DNA of 56,238 bases, filler included, from Jimgerdemannia flammicorona (Eukaryota): assembly GCA_003990765.1 (NCBI GenBank). It is 3 parts of 3 records of this genome, joined end to end, with 100 filler letters (N's around TTAATTAATTAA, not from the genome) between each part and the next. Parts side by side here need not be neighbours in the genome. Positions count along the whole stretch, not along the records: positions 18,782 to 37,460 come from RBNJ01002138.1; positions 37,561 to 56,238 come from RBNJ01002139.1; 1 more part is not named here. One strand, 5' to 3'. The notes under the pieces were generated by a model that saw nothing but the letters and a program-made list of their open reading frames with translations, did not search any database and was not told the origin of the DNA. Positions within the stretch are counted from its first letter, which is position 1; every line of letters starts with the position of its first letter. Shown here one piece after another: positions 34,101 to 47,900 of the stretch. The position numbers and the translations under genes were made by a program.

Positions 34101-36065
34101 AGTCAGGTTGGTATTACATTGATGTCAGCTCTCAGATCTGAGTTTATATCATTCATTACTTGGATTAAAATTCCTTTGGCTGGTTCTCTTAGTTGGGCCT
34201 TATAGTAGATATCTTTTCTTTCAGGAGTGAGATTCTTCAGGACTGCAATTCCTTCAATTCTATTAAGGAATTCTCTTGAATCTTCATCTGGGTATCCTGC
34301 AAAGGTTGGCAATGGAGTGGTCATTTCATTGTTACTGTCTTCTAGTTCTGGTTCTGATTCTGGTACTGATTCCAATTCCAATTCTGATTCTGATTCACAT
34401 TCTGAATTGTTACTGAAGTTCAGGACACTTGGGTATCCTGAGGATAGTGTTAGAGTTCTTGGGCAAGGTGGAATGAGTCTGGGTATCCTTGAAGGGGCTA
34501 CTTCATGGTCTTCTTATTCTGTGATAGCTAGTGGTAGAGGTTCAATGAGTGAAATTGGTAGAACTTCTGCAGGTAATCAGGCTTGTTTAATGGAGTCTCC
34601 AAGTTGTTATGCAAGCTTGTCAAAGACTCTGATAGGGCTGCCTGTATAATCTGGTTAATCTGGTTGGTCTAGTAATAAGTCTGTTGGTACTGGCTGGGGA
34701 TTCTGTGCTATGCTGGCTTCCTATTGGGATCCTTCTGATGCTGGGTAGTTGGCAAGTCTTGAAGTGTTTACTTCTCTTCCTGTCCAAATGCTGGTGATGA
34801 CTTGTTCTCCTGTGGTAGCAGAGATTGGTGTTGTATCAAATGTATCCAGTTTGACTGTTGGTCCTTATGAGCAAAAGAGTCACATTGATTTTGAAATCTT
34901 CCCAGTTGAGCTCCCAAATGTAACATGCCTGACTCAATGGAGGCAAATTACAAGATTGGGGGTTGATGTAGTTTGGCTTGAGCCCTCAGTTACTTTTCAA
35001 AAAGCTACAAAATGTTCTAAGATTCTTTGTTGGTGTTTAGTGGTATAATAGTCAATCTGGATACAATGGTCGATTTCCTTATTGGGATGGTTCTTGGGTG
35101 TAGCAGCGATTTCGTATGACGGTTTCTGTGTAGCGCGGCATTTTCCTTATGTGGGATGATCTGGTAATTTAGCGGTTTCCTTCTTGAGTGGCAGCGATCT
35201 CTCTATGTAGCGCGACAATCTCTAAAAGTATGCAATTTCTGGCATGACGATCTTGTGTAACACGACGATCTCCAAAAGTATGTGATTTCTGGAATGACAA
35301 TCTTGTATAGCGCGACGATCTCTGTGTAGCTCGAGGGGATTCCTTATGTAGGCGATTTCTGCATGATGATCTTGATTACAAAAGTATGCGATTTCTGCGG
35401 GTAACACGATTTGGCATGGATTCTCCTGAATCGGCATAATGGCAGATAACTTAGATAACTTGGATGATGCAGACTCTTCCTGAATCAGCTCTTCTGGGAA
35501 TATCAGATAACTTGATAAATTGGATAACTCCGATGACGTGGATAATTCCAATAACTCGGATAACTCGGACGGCATGGATAACTCGGATGAAAGATGATTT
35601 GATAGCTCGGATGCGGATTCTTGGCAAGTTACATCAAGACTGGCTTCGTTTGCACGGAGTTATGTCGATAGACTGGCTCTACTGCGAAGTTGCATCAGGA
35701 GACGGGCTTGTGGCAGGATTCCTTATATCGGGCTCTCTGGGAATGGCGGACTTCTTGATCTTCAGGCTTATCTGGCAAGCGGACCAAAATGTAGCAGCTT
35801 ATTCCTTAAGCAGTGGATTCTTCAAAAGACGGCAAAGTTCTTTACTTGAACTTGGCAGCAAACTCAGGCTTTGTATTGGAAAGTGGACCAGAGTGGAAAG
35901 TAAGCTCACAATCTCCTAGCAGTGGCTGTAGAGTTTCTCTCAGAGTGTGGTAGGCAGACTTGCCTTTTGCTTTGAGGTTTATTCACTCTTGTCTCTGGGA
36001 TATTTTATACAGTTGTGGTTGCTATCTGGTTGCTATGTTGCTAATTATAGATTGCTATTTATGAC

Positions 36066-36160
36066 AGGTGTTTCTGGTTCAGTATAAGTGTTCAGGTTCT
36101 ATACAAGTGTTCAGGTCCTGAATAAGTATTCAGGTCCTGTCCAAGTGTTCAGGTTCTGTA
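36066..36160. repeat. 19-bp-period tandem repeat in an LTR U3-like region
   Basis: aagt(g/a)ttcagg at 36086, 36105, 36124 and 36143. Confidence 0.85.
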
Positions 36161-36739
36161 TAGATAAATGTACCCTTTCTAGTATGACTGGCTAATTATA
36201 TAAGTTGTTATAACAAAGTAGTCCTAGATGTCTCCAGATATGTTTGACTGTCTTTTGTACACCCATGACTATTAAAGTACACCCACTATATAGTTATTTT
36301 ATAATATTTTTAGTATGATTTCTGCATCTTGTCACACTAGCTAGAACTTATAACCTTTGTTGTAACTTTTGTTGCAAATATAGAATAGTAAGAAAGAATA
36401 TTATTATTTATTGATTGGACATATTTTTATATCAAGATATAGCTCAAGGATGATATAGTTATAAAGAATTATATATCTAAGTTACATATAATTGAGATAT
36501 CAAATAATAGAAGTTTCAACAATAGGCTTGCAACTTCATAATCTATCTGGCAAATATTTCTTTAGGTTTGCTTATAGTTAACTATATTCTCTTTCTTCTT
36601 TAAAGGTTTCTCAGTCAAAATATATAATTATTTATATACTTAACTTTATTTTTCTTTTTTGCAAGAATAGCTTCTAGTTATATTTTTCTACAAAATAAAC
36701 TCTTGAGATCAGTGAGATCTTTTTAAGATAGATGAATAG

Positions 36740-37129
36740 ATCAATCGGATCTTAAGAGATTCAAAAGCTTGATACTATCTGCTGGTCTATTTAAACTTAA
36801 TATTCTTCTTGAATAGTTTATAGATCAGACCTACAATATTGAAGATTATTAGATAAATCTTCTGTAGTAGGTAATAAGTCCTCTAAAGACTTGAGCTTCA
36901 GTAACTATAATGAGTCTTAGATAAGCTATCACTACTTGAATTTTGATGTAGTCTGTATAAGGTCTAGCCTGATTGATAATATCTCTAAGATAGAAGATCA
37001 TAATTTCTACAAACTTGTACTTCTTTAACTTAATGAATAGACTGGGCTCTCTCAATTTCTATAGTATTTGGTAAATATTATTTAGATACTTCTGAGATAT
37101 CATACTGAAGATAATTACATCATTTATAT
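36740..37129 (-). mobile_element. Gypsy RT C-terminal fragment
   Basis: INDVIIFS...KLREPSLFIKLKKYKF...FRGLITYYRRFI. It begins at the YxDD-derived motif where an LTR-like sequence interrupts it. Confidence 0.85.
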
Positions 37130-37460
37130 TGTAACAGACCAAAAACGTACCACCTGAATTATAACTTAGCCGGATGACACGAACAATTAGCATACTTACT
37201 CAGCATGATGTGACTTCCAGAGTATCATAGTTACTCATGCCCGCCACACTTATAATTAGCCAAGACACCAGATCAGGATTGTTTACCTGTGTCCTGTGGA
37301 CACACTCATGTCCTGCGGACACACTCATGTCCGGCGGACACACTCATGTCCTGCGGACACACTCATGTCCTGCGGACACACTCATGTCCTGTGGACACAC
37401 CTGTACCCAGAGGACACACCCAAACATTACCAAAGATAGCAAATGTATAATTAGCCACAT
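37130..37460 (+). mobile_element. Young LTR 5' portion with a 19-bp palindromic tandem array, truncated by the gap
   Basis: Starts TGTAAC; (TGTCCTGCGGACACACTCA) x ~6 at ~37290-37400; TATAATTAGCC shared with the LTR ending at 36215; CpG retained. Confidence 0.7.
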
Positions 37461-37560
37461 NNNNNNNNNNNNNNNNNNNNNNNNNNNNNNNNNNNNNNNN
37501 NNNNTTAATTAATTAANNNNNNNNNNNNNNNNNNNNNNNNNNNNNNNNNNNNNNNNNNNN
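37461..37560. other. Assembly gap with synthetic TTAATTAATTAA linker
   Basis: 100-nt N block with a central linker. Confidence 0.98.
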
Positions 37561-40500
37561 CATTAAGCCCACCCCTCATCTGATCCCCCTAGGAGGACCC
37601 CCCCCCTCCCCTCCCCTACTCCTACTCAATGAAAGGTCACTTTGTCTAACACCATCTCTACCTGCCCACCACTCTGTTTACAGATCTTTTCTACCAGACC
37701 ATGACATCACCTACCCTGGGGGCCCCAACCCACCCACCACCTAGTCAGCAGATCTTCCATCAACTCCTCCCACTGTAATAACTTCTCTTGTAAACCCATC
37801 TATCACCTCTCCTCAAAAACAAAGAGCCAATGACCAGCCAGTCCTACCCATACTGCTAAAACCCACTCTACAGTGAGCCAACTATTGTCCACACCACCTA
37901 CTAACTGAGATTTCAAATCCTCCCAGCAACCTCTCACACTATCTGGCCTCCTCTCCACACTCAGCCTATTCCCTACTTCTATCCAAAAGTCCCCCAAAAC
38001 CTCATACTCTCCCAGCCAATGTTCTAGCATCTGCACAAATCCCCCAACTTGCCCTACATTATAACACTCCTTACAATCTAATTGACCACCTTCCACCAGA
38101 TACTCAGTATGGAAATTCAATATGATATTCCTCCACAGCATTCTCCACCATACCACCCAGAACTTGGGAGGAAGCTACCTCTGCACCTTAGTACTCCATG
38201 ACCAAACACCTGCCCAGTCCCACTCCTTGCCAATCCTTGCTGCCTGCCAGCCACTCAGTCAAAGATTCTGGCCAAGACCCTGCTGATACTCCACTCCATC
38301 CCCAATATCAAACTCAGTAAGTAGAGTACCCCCCAGAAGAAGTCTGTCTCATCACTACATATTGGGACCCCACATTACCTCCCTCTCATCACCTCACCAG
38401 CACAGACCAATTCTGTATGTTCTATCTACTACCCCCTACCAAAAGCCCTTATACTGCATCCATCAACTTCCATTCAGCTCTACCAAAGAGAGCAAATCTC
38501 CCAAGGACCCTTGAGGAGAGGATCTCATCTCCCACACCTTCTGCAACAGCAGCACCCAACCCCCTCCCTGTAGTTCAATAGCTCTCTTCAACCACCAGGC
38601 TTGCAGACAGTATAACCTCTTAGGGAAATCCATAAGGCCTAGACCTCCCCTAACCACTAGTGTCACAAAAGTATCTCAACTGATCTGAGACCTCCTCCCT
38701 GCCCAAATCCAATCTCTAGCCATCTTCATCAGCCTCTTCACCACCCAAGCTGGGAAGTCTAGGTGATATGCCACATACCATAGCTTGGGGAACTAGTAGA
38801 TATTCAGAATTGACACCCACCCTGCCAGAGAGATATGGTGGCCCCCCCACCCTTGAAGGGCTTCTCTCCAAATAGTCACCCTGCTCTCCTACTATACTCA
38901 TGGCAAGATAGATCTATATACAAAAAGGAAGATGTCTAGATACTGCACTACCTCACCAGTAGGGACAATTGTTCCAATAATGTCTCTACCTACTAATCCA
39001 TTCCCTAGTACCATTGTCTCACACTTATGCCAGTTGAGCTTTGCCCCAGAGTGTGCCTCATACCATTCCACTGTCTCCTTAAGCACCTCAACATCTGCCA
39101 CAGAACTAAGTCCAACTACCATATCATTAGCAAAGGCCCCCACCTTCCACACTATACTATATATAGAGAGCCCTGCTATCTTCCAGAAAATTCTATCTAT
39201 CAAAGGTTCTAATAAAAGAGCATAAAGAATAGAGGACAGAGGGTCTCTCTGAGGAACTCCTCTTCCTAATGGAAATGCCAGACCTTGGTGCCCATTACAC
39301 ATCAGTACTGCCCAACTGCCCTCCAATAGATTCAATATAGAAGCCCAAAATTATGGGGGAACACTAATTATATCCAGCACCTTGCCCAGCCAAACCTGCC
39401 ATACCCAGTCATAGGTCTTCTCCTAGTCCAAAAGACCAATCTGTCATCCAGTCCACAAGTCTGGGCTCCTTCAATGATACCATGCACCCATACAGTCATT
39501 AGCCTGCCTCCAATAAAGCCCTGCTGCTCCTCACCTAGCACCTGTCAGGCTACTTTCTGTAGCCTTGTAACCATCACCTTAGTCATCATCTTCCTATTCA
39601 TATCTAGAAGCACAATTGGTCTCCAGTTCTTCCAGTCCTCCCTCCTCCCCTTGTCTTTATACAGTAAGGCCACCAGTCCCAAGTCCTGCTCTCCAACCCT
39701 CTCACCATTTAGAAGAACATGGTTATAGAGAGTAGCCATCTCACCCAATACTCCAGGGATCTTTGTCATCTTCTTCCAGAAGTCCCAAGGTAACCTATCT
39801 TCTCCTGGCACTATTCCAAGCTTGGTTGCCACAAGGATACTCTTGATCTCCCCCTCTTGAACTGGTTCAATCAAGTCAATGAGCCCCTCTACTGGCAGTA
39901 GAACCCACTTCTGCAGTGTATCACCAATCACCTCTCCATCTGCACCCCCTTTCTTCTCACTCCACAGCCCCCTCCATTGCTCCTTCAATAGTCCCAAGAT
40001 CTGTTATATGCTATACACTATATCCCCCTCAGCATCAAAGACCCCATCCCATCGATTTTGCACCCTCCTTATTTGAAGAAGTCTAGACAAGTACCTTGTA
40101 GGCCTCTCACCCTCCTCAAGCCCCTGCCATCACAATCTGGCAGCCATTCCTTTCAAATGGATCTCCTCCTCTTCTCTCAATATCTGTTGCAACTCCACCA
40201 CCTCCAATTTTGCCCTCACCAACCTCCAATCCTCCACCCTTTCAGAAGAAAGCAAATTGGCTCATTCCATCTGCAATCTAATCAGCCTATTAGAAACACA
40301 CCTCACTCACTTTCCTCTCTGCCTCCCAGCCTCTCTACTAGCTTCTCTCTAATATACTCTTATAGCCTTCTTCAGCTGCATCCAGTAGTCCCCCACAGAT
40401 GAACCCTCATGTATCCAGAGGGTAATCTTCTCCTGGATTTCCTCCACTCATGGGTCCCACAACCCCTTCTCATCCAGCAGGGAGGAGTTAAGGCCCCAAT

Positions 40501-43360
40501 GTCCAGGTCCATCTCCACTCCCCCCAAACTGTCCCTGCCCCAATAACCTCCAGTGATCAGACCATGGGGCACTACTCCACCTCTAGAGACCTCCAAACAT
40601 TGACTTCCCAACATTCAGCTGTCAGAATCCAGTCAATTCTCATACTCAGCCCATTCACCCAGTATATATAGACCCTCCTGTCATTCCACCATATCCTCCC
40701 TATATCCCCTAAGGAGCTAAGGTTCTCTGCCTCCTTCTACTTATCCAGACTACCACTCCTCCCACCCACACTCCTCCTGCCATCAGTTCTATCTAGCCAT
40801 GGATCCTGCACCATATTAAAGTCACCTCCCAGAATATCAACACTCTCCTTCAAGAGGATGCCCTCCTCCAAAAGATCCTTAATCTACTTAATCTGCTCAC
40901 CCCTAGCCATAGGGCAGTAGCAGGAGCCAACCTTAATAGATTCCCACCCCGGTCTATACCATTCTCCCCAGACTAAGCAGTCACCCCAGCTTCTGATTCC
41001 ACCTAAATCTCCTCTCTCCTTTCTCACCAGAATTGCTACTTTGCCAATCCAAGCAGTAGCTCCTCTCCATTCTCTAGTCCACTCCACTTGATCCTCCTCA
41101 CCCTTACACCATACATCCTGCAATAAGAATAAATCAGCCTCCAGACTCTTAAGACAAGTAAAAATATTCTTACACCACTCAGTATCCTACAATCCATTCA
41201 CATTCAGAGAGAAAATGTTAGTTATACTGTTTATTAGGAATAATGTTCATTATCAATTGCAGCCTCTACAAATCTGCATTTAACTCCTCCTGTGCCAAGT
41301 CCAAGTCATGTTCAGCAGCCAGTACCTTCTTCTCAGCAGCCTGTGCTTCCAACCCTTCCAGAAGTTCAGCCATCACCCCATCCTCCTTTTCCTCAAAGTC
41401 CTCACAATATTCCAGACATGCCTCCTGCCAGAGCTGCAAACCATACCACTCAGCCCAATAGTAGGCAGCCCACTCACCAGTAACAACTGCAAGCTTGGCC
41501 ACCCTCTCCTTATCAATCTCATAGCCCTTCTCCTCCAGGAAAATCATAAGAATCTCTGCCTTCAGTACCCCTACCACCCCCTCTCTCTGCAGAATCCCTG
41601 CCCAGTGCTCCTCACTCATCACTTGCAGGTCCACTTCCCCCAACTCCCCAGCTACAAGGTTATCCATCACCTTGCTCATCTACAGCAGGTGCCCTACCTC
41701 CTTCCCTCCTGGCATCCCTGGCCTTCCTGCATCCAGCATTGTGGTATCAGCCCCTACACTGGCAGTCTCATCTCATCTCTCCTTGGGGACATCCACCAGC
41801 TTGTCCTCACCAACAGCCACTACCTGTCCACTCTTTGCCACATCAGGAACCCCAAAGTGTACCTTCTGAGCACCCCACATCAGCTCGTCCTCTGCCACCT
41901 GACTTCTTGCAGCTGGACCCCTCCTGATTAGAGGGAGAGTATCATCCACAACCGGGTCCCATACCTCGAAAGTACCATTGGCAAACAGGTCCTTGAGTGG
42001 TGCCTTCTCAGCTCCTTCCAGGCCCTTCTCCCTATCACCTCCTCTCTGGCTAGCCCAGTTACTCACCACCACTCTCCCAGACTTTGCAGGGCCCCCAGTC
42101 ATCATCTTAACCCCTCCTTCCATACTCACCAGCAACTCTCTCTGCCTTCTGTGCCCTTAAGCCCTCTCCCACTGTCTCTTGTCAGTGTGAATACACTTCC
42201 CATCAATAATCTCCAGATGCATTGACTTCTCATACAATTTCCAAGCCTTTGCCCTTCTCTCAACAGTACCACCCAACTCCTTCAGAGCCTCCAACAAGTT
42301 CACTTCCTCCTCTTCACTCCCTTTCACCCTTGATACCTTACAGACAAAAGCCCCCCATATTAACACTGAGACCAGTTGCTCATCTTCCCTATGGCCTCTC
42401 TTCCAGCCAGTCTAATCCTCACATCCACATCACCTGTCCTAATGGAGGTCTCCTCCTACACCTAGAATCCAACATCCACTATATTGTCATACTCTACTAT
42501 CACCTCCTCCACTCTCCTCCTAGTCTCCTCCTTCATCACTGTAGGCATCCTCTTTACTATCAGCTGCACCACTCTGGGGTCCTACCTCAGGCAGTACACT
42601 ATAGAGACCACTACCTCCCCAACTGCCACTCCAGTCTTCAGAGCCTCTTCCAGAGGGCCCACCTCCTCAAAGCCCACCTCAACCCCCTCCAGACCTTTCA
42701 GGAACTTCACTGATGTGGCCCTAGTCACCTGCTTCAAGATAAGCCCCAAGATCATCCTAGCTGTCACTACTAAGCCTCAGAAGCACAGTGTCACCACAAA
42801 CTCTGAGATCAATTTCCTGAGTAATAGTGCAACTGCTAGCCCCATTACACCATTGGCCAGATCTCCCTTCTACATTGGGAACCCCTGCCCCACTCTGCCA
42901 TCAGCCATCACATTTCTTTTTTTTTCCTGATTCCCTATTATACTTCCATCAGCAGTCCCATCTATAGCTACAGCACCTCCAGCACCTATGCTTACATCCC
43001 CCACCTGAGTACTTCCCCCCCTCCCTAGGCTCACCTTATCCTTCTCTTCAGCAGCACCAGCCCTAGATCCAGCTGGCCACCCTCTCCCCTTCACCTTATC
43101 CACAAAGCTTGGAGGGTCAGGCCTTCCCTCATGGCTACCAGACACTAGTCCACCTCTAGAGCTCTTACCACCCTTCGACCCTCCAAAGGCCCCCATCCCT
43201 AGGCCATAACCCCTCCTCACATTCTGCCAGCTGAAAGCCCCAGGTCCACCCAACCCAGTATGCTCATCAGAACTCTTGCTCGATGATATTGTTATAATAC
43301 CTTTTCTCTGAGTTGTGTTGAAAAACTGTTACTTGAAGTTAGTGTAACATAAATTATATG
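37561..43360 (-). mobile_element. Near full-length L1/Tx1-like LINE (3' end lost in the gap), inactivated
   Basis: ORF1 (~43290-41266) and ORF2 fragments with APE LLQD/GGDFN, RT GVPQRDPLS/FAND and CKEC..EHWLGEY. Confidence 0.93.
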
Positions 43361-43716
43361 ACTGTCTTATTATCTTTTTAGATTGCTTGCAAGGAATTAT
43401 GTATATTGCACTAAGTAAACTAACTTTATTTCAAAGTAAATAAGAGAGATATTTAAACAAAATATAATTTAATAGTTGCTAAAATATAAAGCTAAATATA
43501 AATTTCAATAACTAAATAAAATGCTAGAATATAGAAAACTACCAAGTTCCAGTATAAGCATAGATGGTTGCACAGATTCAGAATACTGGTATAATTTTAG
43601 TAATACAGGAAAAAGGTACTGAAATAATTCTGAGCCACATAAGATCAGAATGCCAGTAGAGGAATAGCTGTTACACAGGAAAAGAATACTGGCATAATTC
43701 AGTATAACCAAGGAAC

Positions 43717-44589
43717 TTAGAGCAGAATATTCAGGACCATGGGGGCTTCATCCTCATCATCACTAAAGGAGATAAGATCTGCAAATATTTCAGTCTCATT
43801 ACATAGGTTGCTCATTTTGCATATATTATGCAGTTCACATATATTGTACAGGATGACATCATCACTGATGATGTCATCACATTTGGTAGCAGTGGGGAGA
43901 GTGAGGAGATCTAGGGCTCTCTAGTCTATGAGGTTCTCTTCTACAAAATAAGGAACAAATGTGAGATCTTGGGGAGATCTAACCTAGATGCTTGGGCCTT
44001 AGAATACTGAGATCAATTCTTGCAGAAATTGATCTGGGTTGTTCTAGAGGATGAGATGCCAGAAGTCTTCTACTTCATCACTATTGAGAGTAATAGTAGA
44101 CTGGGCTTCTGTAGCCACCCTGACTTCTAGTGCATTGATACAGCAGGCTGACAGATCTCTGAAGTTTGAGACTCTAACATACTCCAAGTTGGGAATTGAC
44201 TATGGTGCATGCCTGAAGATCTGATGAATCTTCTTAGCTGTCCTTGTTTTATATATATCTATAGGAGTGGCATCTTGTAACTCTTGAGGACTGGCCTGTG
44301 AGAACTCTTGGTAGAGAAGGTTTTCTATTTCATACTCCTGCCACACTTGGAGGCATTCAGTAGCAATAGTGATCCTTGTTTCCATTTTATAGCAGTAGAG
44401 AATAAAGTAATAAGAATTCCCAGTACCCAGATTGAGGCTAGGAGTCCTTCTTGTGCAGATCCTCATGGCTATTCTGATGTCTTAAAACATCCTTTCTTTG
44501 ACTGAGATGTCTTGGTGGTTCCTTGACCTTGAGGTTTGGCGAGCAGCAGGTATTTCATTTGTGGTAAGTCTTTGAGAGTTGGTCATCAT
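43717..44589 (-). pseudogene. Decayed homologue (~290 codons) of the 365-aa orphan ORF
   Basis: One frame from ATG 44589 to TAA 43717 with six TAA/TAG stops and no frameshift. Aligns ERMF*DI/NRIRADI, RRTPSLNL/RATPPLPL, EYEIENLL/YYQIGCLL, TAKKIHQIF/IARKHRELF, SIPNL/FIPRL. Confidence 0.7.
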
Positions 44590-44700
44590 TACTTATCTTG
44601 TAGTCTGGATGAGTCATGCTATATAATCTTCTTGTACTCCAATCTGGTGGCTTATAAGGAATTACTGTCTTTTATACTAATGTTATCATTCTGAGGTCAC

Positions 44701-44872
44701 TGTTATAATATATATATATATTTAATAAAGTAGTAAAGTTTTAAGACAAAAGATATATACTAAAATAGCATTAAAGTAAGCTATGAGACTTTGGAGAATG
44801 ATTGATAAGTGACCAATATCTCTTTCTCTAGTACTATTCAGATTATATAATCTTTGAAAAGCACTTACAACA
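44701..44872. mobile_element. Short LTR-like sequence (172 bp)
   Basis: Inverted termini TGTTATAA...TTACAACA with TATA-like and AATAAA motifs inside. No TSD seen. Confidence 0.5.
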
Positions 44873-44914
44873 TTGTTCTTAGAGAAAAGAGACTAGCAAC
44901 ATAGCAATCAATAG

Positions 44915-47900
44915 ACAACCTGAGGTGTATACTGGGCAGAGTGGCCTGAGCATATTCAACTGACAGCATGTGAGGAGAGGCCCTGGTCTGGAGAGAGATA
45001 CAAGGGGTCTGCTGGTGGGAGAATACAGAAGAGGAGGAAGCAGTAGTGGTAGACAGGGGCCAGAGAGGGCAAGCTTTGCAGAGATGGTGAAGGAGAGAAA
45101 GCAGGCATCTAGACTAGAGGGCTAGCTGAGAAAAGGCAAGGAGATAGAGAAGGTAGCAGTATAGGGGAGAGTAGCTCTTGGTGGTGGGGGCAGTAGTGCT
45201 GGGGGTATAGTGGCTGAGGGGAATGTAATAGCTAATGGGGACTTCTTTTGCTCAAACCATTTGGAGCGAGCTAAGCCACATGGACAACCATTTGTGAAAA
45301 GCAATACATTTTCAAGTTTTCACTTTGTTCATACTGGTGTGCAAGGTGTGGCAGAAGTCTGGCAACAATTCACAGCAAGTTTCATCCAAATCTATCAAGT
45401 TTCAGTAGTATGGTGACCCAAGGCTCATTAAGCTTGGAGCACCTAGAGAGGAGGAGGCCTGGCCTGGGCCTCCCCAAGAGTTTTGCAGCAGCAGCTGGTC
45501 AAGGAGGGGCTGGAGGGCAAATGGGAGGTCGTAGATCAGTGGCAGGATTAGGTGGATGGCAAACGGTGGTGGGGAATAAGCGGGCAGCCACTAGGCCTGC
45601 AGTTGGGGGGTAGCAGGAGCATAGTGTTGACAGGGGTGGATGTCAGGTGACTGGTCAGCTGACTGGCCAGAGACCCAGCAGGGGTCAGGGGTCTGGGGGT
45701 GTGATGGCTGGGACTGGCTTTCCTGGGGCTGGGCCAGTGGCTGGAGACAGGACTGCTGGTGGCACAGTAGCTCCTAGCGAGATGGTGGCTAGTATATCTA
45801 GTAGCAAGAACAAGGCAACTCTGGCAGTAGGAACTGGAGAGCTGGTGGTATAACCATTCTTCCATAAGTCAGTATCATCATGGGCAGTCTCTGCCAACTT
45901 CTTGGGCCTTGGTTTGTTGGCCAAGGAAGTTCTATGGCTGGTAGGTGAGGAGGTTACAGGGGCTGAGTCACTGAGATTTATCTCCTTGGCGGAGGCAGTA
46001 GAGGTTGGATTCATTGAGAAGAAGGCCATGGTGAAGGCCTTGGAGAAGGGGTTGATGGTCAAGAGTGTTAAGGTGGGAATGGTGAGGTGCCTGAGATGGG
46101 ACCCACATGCAGTGAGACTGGTGGTGGAAGAACTGCCAATGCTGAGCAGGCAGAAGACTAAGATGGTGATTGCCAAGGCTCTGGAAAGCTATAGCGAGAT
46201 GGTGGATTTTGGGTTTATGTTTTGGGAGGGCACCAAGTTGAGGAATGGTAATTATGAGGTGATGGTGTGGCTGGAGGGGAAGGAGGTGACAGGCCTGGGG
46301 TGAGACTGATCAGAGGTCATTCATGTTGGAGAGCAGAATTGCCAGGTCTGGAGGAGAAAAGGCTCCAAGCAGGAAGAGGAGAAGCTGCTGATAGCCCTCG
46401 AGGAGTGTGATGAGGCAAAGGCTTTGTAGAAAAGAAAATGGGAGGAATTTGCTAAGAATTGGATCTGGATTGAGATGGATGGCAAGAGGAAGCGTTGGTA
46501 TAGAGCAAACTGGGAGCAGCTACAGGCAGTGCTGCGAGCATCTGAGGAGGAGGAGGTTGAAAGGGTAGCATCTGACCAGAATTGAATAGAAGGGGTGGAG
46601 GTGGCAGAGGTGTCCTTCTCGCAGTTGGGGGGAGTGGAGGAATCTGTACATGCACCTGTAACAGGGAAGTGGGCAGGTGGTGAGGAAGAGCAAGGAGAAG
46701 GATTCGAAGAAAATGTGGAAGTGATTCCCGAAACTCTGATGGAAGATACGGTGATGGCTAGGTTGGCAAATGTGCACTGGGAATGTCCAGAAGCAGGGGA
46801 GGTAGTGAGGTTGAATAAGGTCTCTGAAGAGGATGAGCTGGTGGATGTCACTTCAGATGTTTCAGCAGACAGGGAGCTGCTTCAGGAGCTTTGCTGGACT
46901 CCCAGGCCTGCGACTCTGGGGCTGATGGCAATGGTGGCAGATGGTTGGTTCCAGGCAGTTCTGGAGGAGCTAGCAGAGGATGACATTAAGGAAGTGGATA
47001 TGTTTCAGAGTTCTCCAGAGGCATGGGAAGGATTTCTCAAGGTGGCACTGCAGGGACCGAAGCTTGTGACTGCGGTGGTGGCAGCCCTTCTGGAGGATAA
47101 AGGGTATGAGGTGGATGATGACCAAATGGCAGATATCCATAAGGTGGCATCCGAGTGAGTGGACTTCTTCTGCAGCAGTATCAATGGCAAAAGAATTTGG
47201 TGAGCAGTCTGTGAGGAGCATTGAGACATTATTAAGGGCTGGGCTGAGAAGGTGGCAGCAGTGGCAGCTGATATCTAAACTCCAAATTTTCCATAATGAA
47301 GTATGACCTACAAATTCTGTCTATCAATGTCAATGGCTTGTGAGATGGTGTGAAGCAGCGGCGTCTCTTTCGATGGTTGAAGGTCCGGAGGTATGATGTG
47401 GTATTTCTTCAAGATATTCAAGCCTATAGGGAGGAGGACTATGAGTTGTGGAGTCAGGAATGGTTTGGGAACACGGGTTGAAGTAAGCAAGTTGGTATTC
47501 TGGTTGGAGTTGGGAAAGGGGAGTTAGTTGATATAGAATGTTTTGGTGATTATTTGGTGTGGGGAAGGCTGAAGGGAGGGAAAGGAGATGGACTCTTGGT
47601 GGGCTCTGTATATCTGCCAGCGGTTGGCAGAGAGTGAAAGCAATGGGTGGAGGAGTGGCTGGCTTGGGAGGATTGGGCAACTCTAGGGTTGGACATTTTG
47701 GGGGGTGACTTTAACATGGTTAGGGACCATGCACTAGATAGGTCTGATGGTGGGGCTGGGGTAGTGGTCTCTCCAGGACTGTCTCAGTGGCTTCAGGTGG
47801 AGAAGGGCATGGGATTGGTGGATGGTGTACAATTGAGGGTGGGAGACAGGTCAGACCCCTTTACCAGGTGGCATTCCATAGACAATGGGATGGTTGGTAC

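Larger units (their letters stand above)
26758..36215 (-). mobile_element. Near-complete (~9.5 kb) Ty3/Gypsy element: gag-PR-[unknown]-dUTPase-RT-RH-IN
   Basis: Gag PLPTFAGYPDED and CFHY..F.HY...C; PR ILIDIGAAV (~32780); RT YMDD (~29750); RH PFILYIDTS; IN RVDIIRPLP..EYLTKW and a GPY/F-like end at 27926. Termini TGTTGTAA (26758) and TTATAACA (36215), but the end sequences do not match each other and no TSD was seen. Confidence 0.88.

Noticed and set aside
35222..35919. 117-aa and 151-aa ORFs in the Gypsy leader
   Set aside because: Their periodicity derives from the DNA repeats; no domain evidence.
36370..36521. Possible solo LTR (TGTTGCAA...TTTCAACA)
   Set aside because: No TSD and no second copy in the window, so support is insufficient.
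37286..37420. CRISPR-like palindromic repeats
   Set aside because: Head-to-tail 19-bp units with no unique spacers, no cas genes, and a eukaryotic LTR context.
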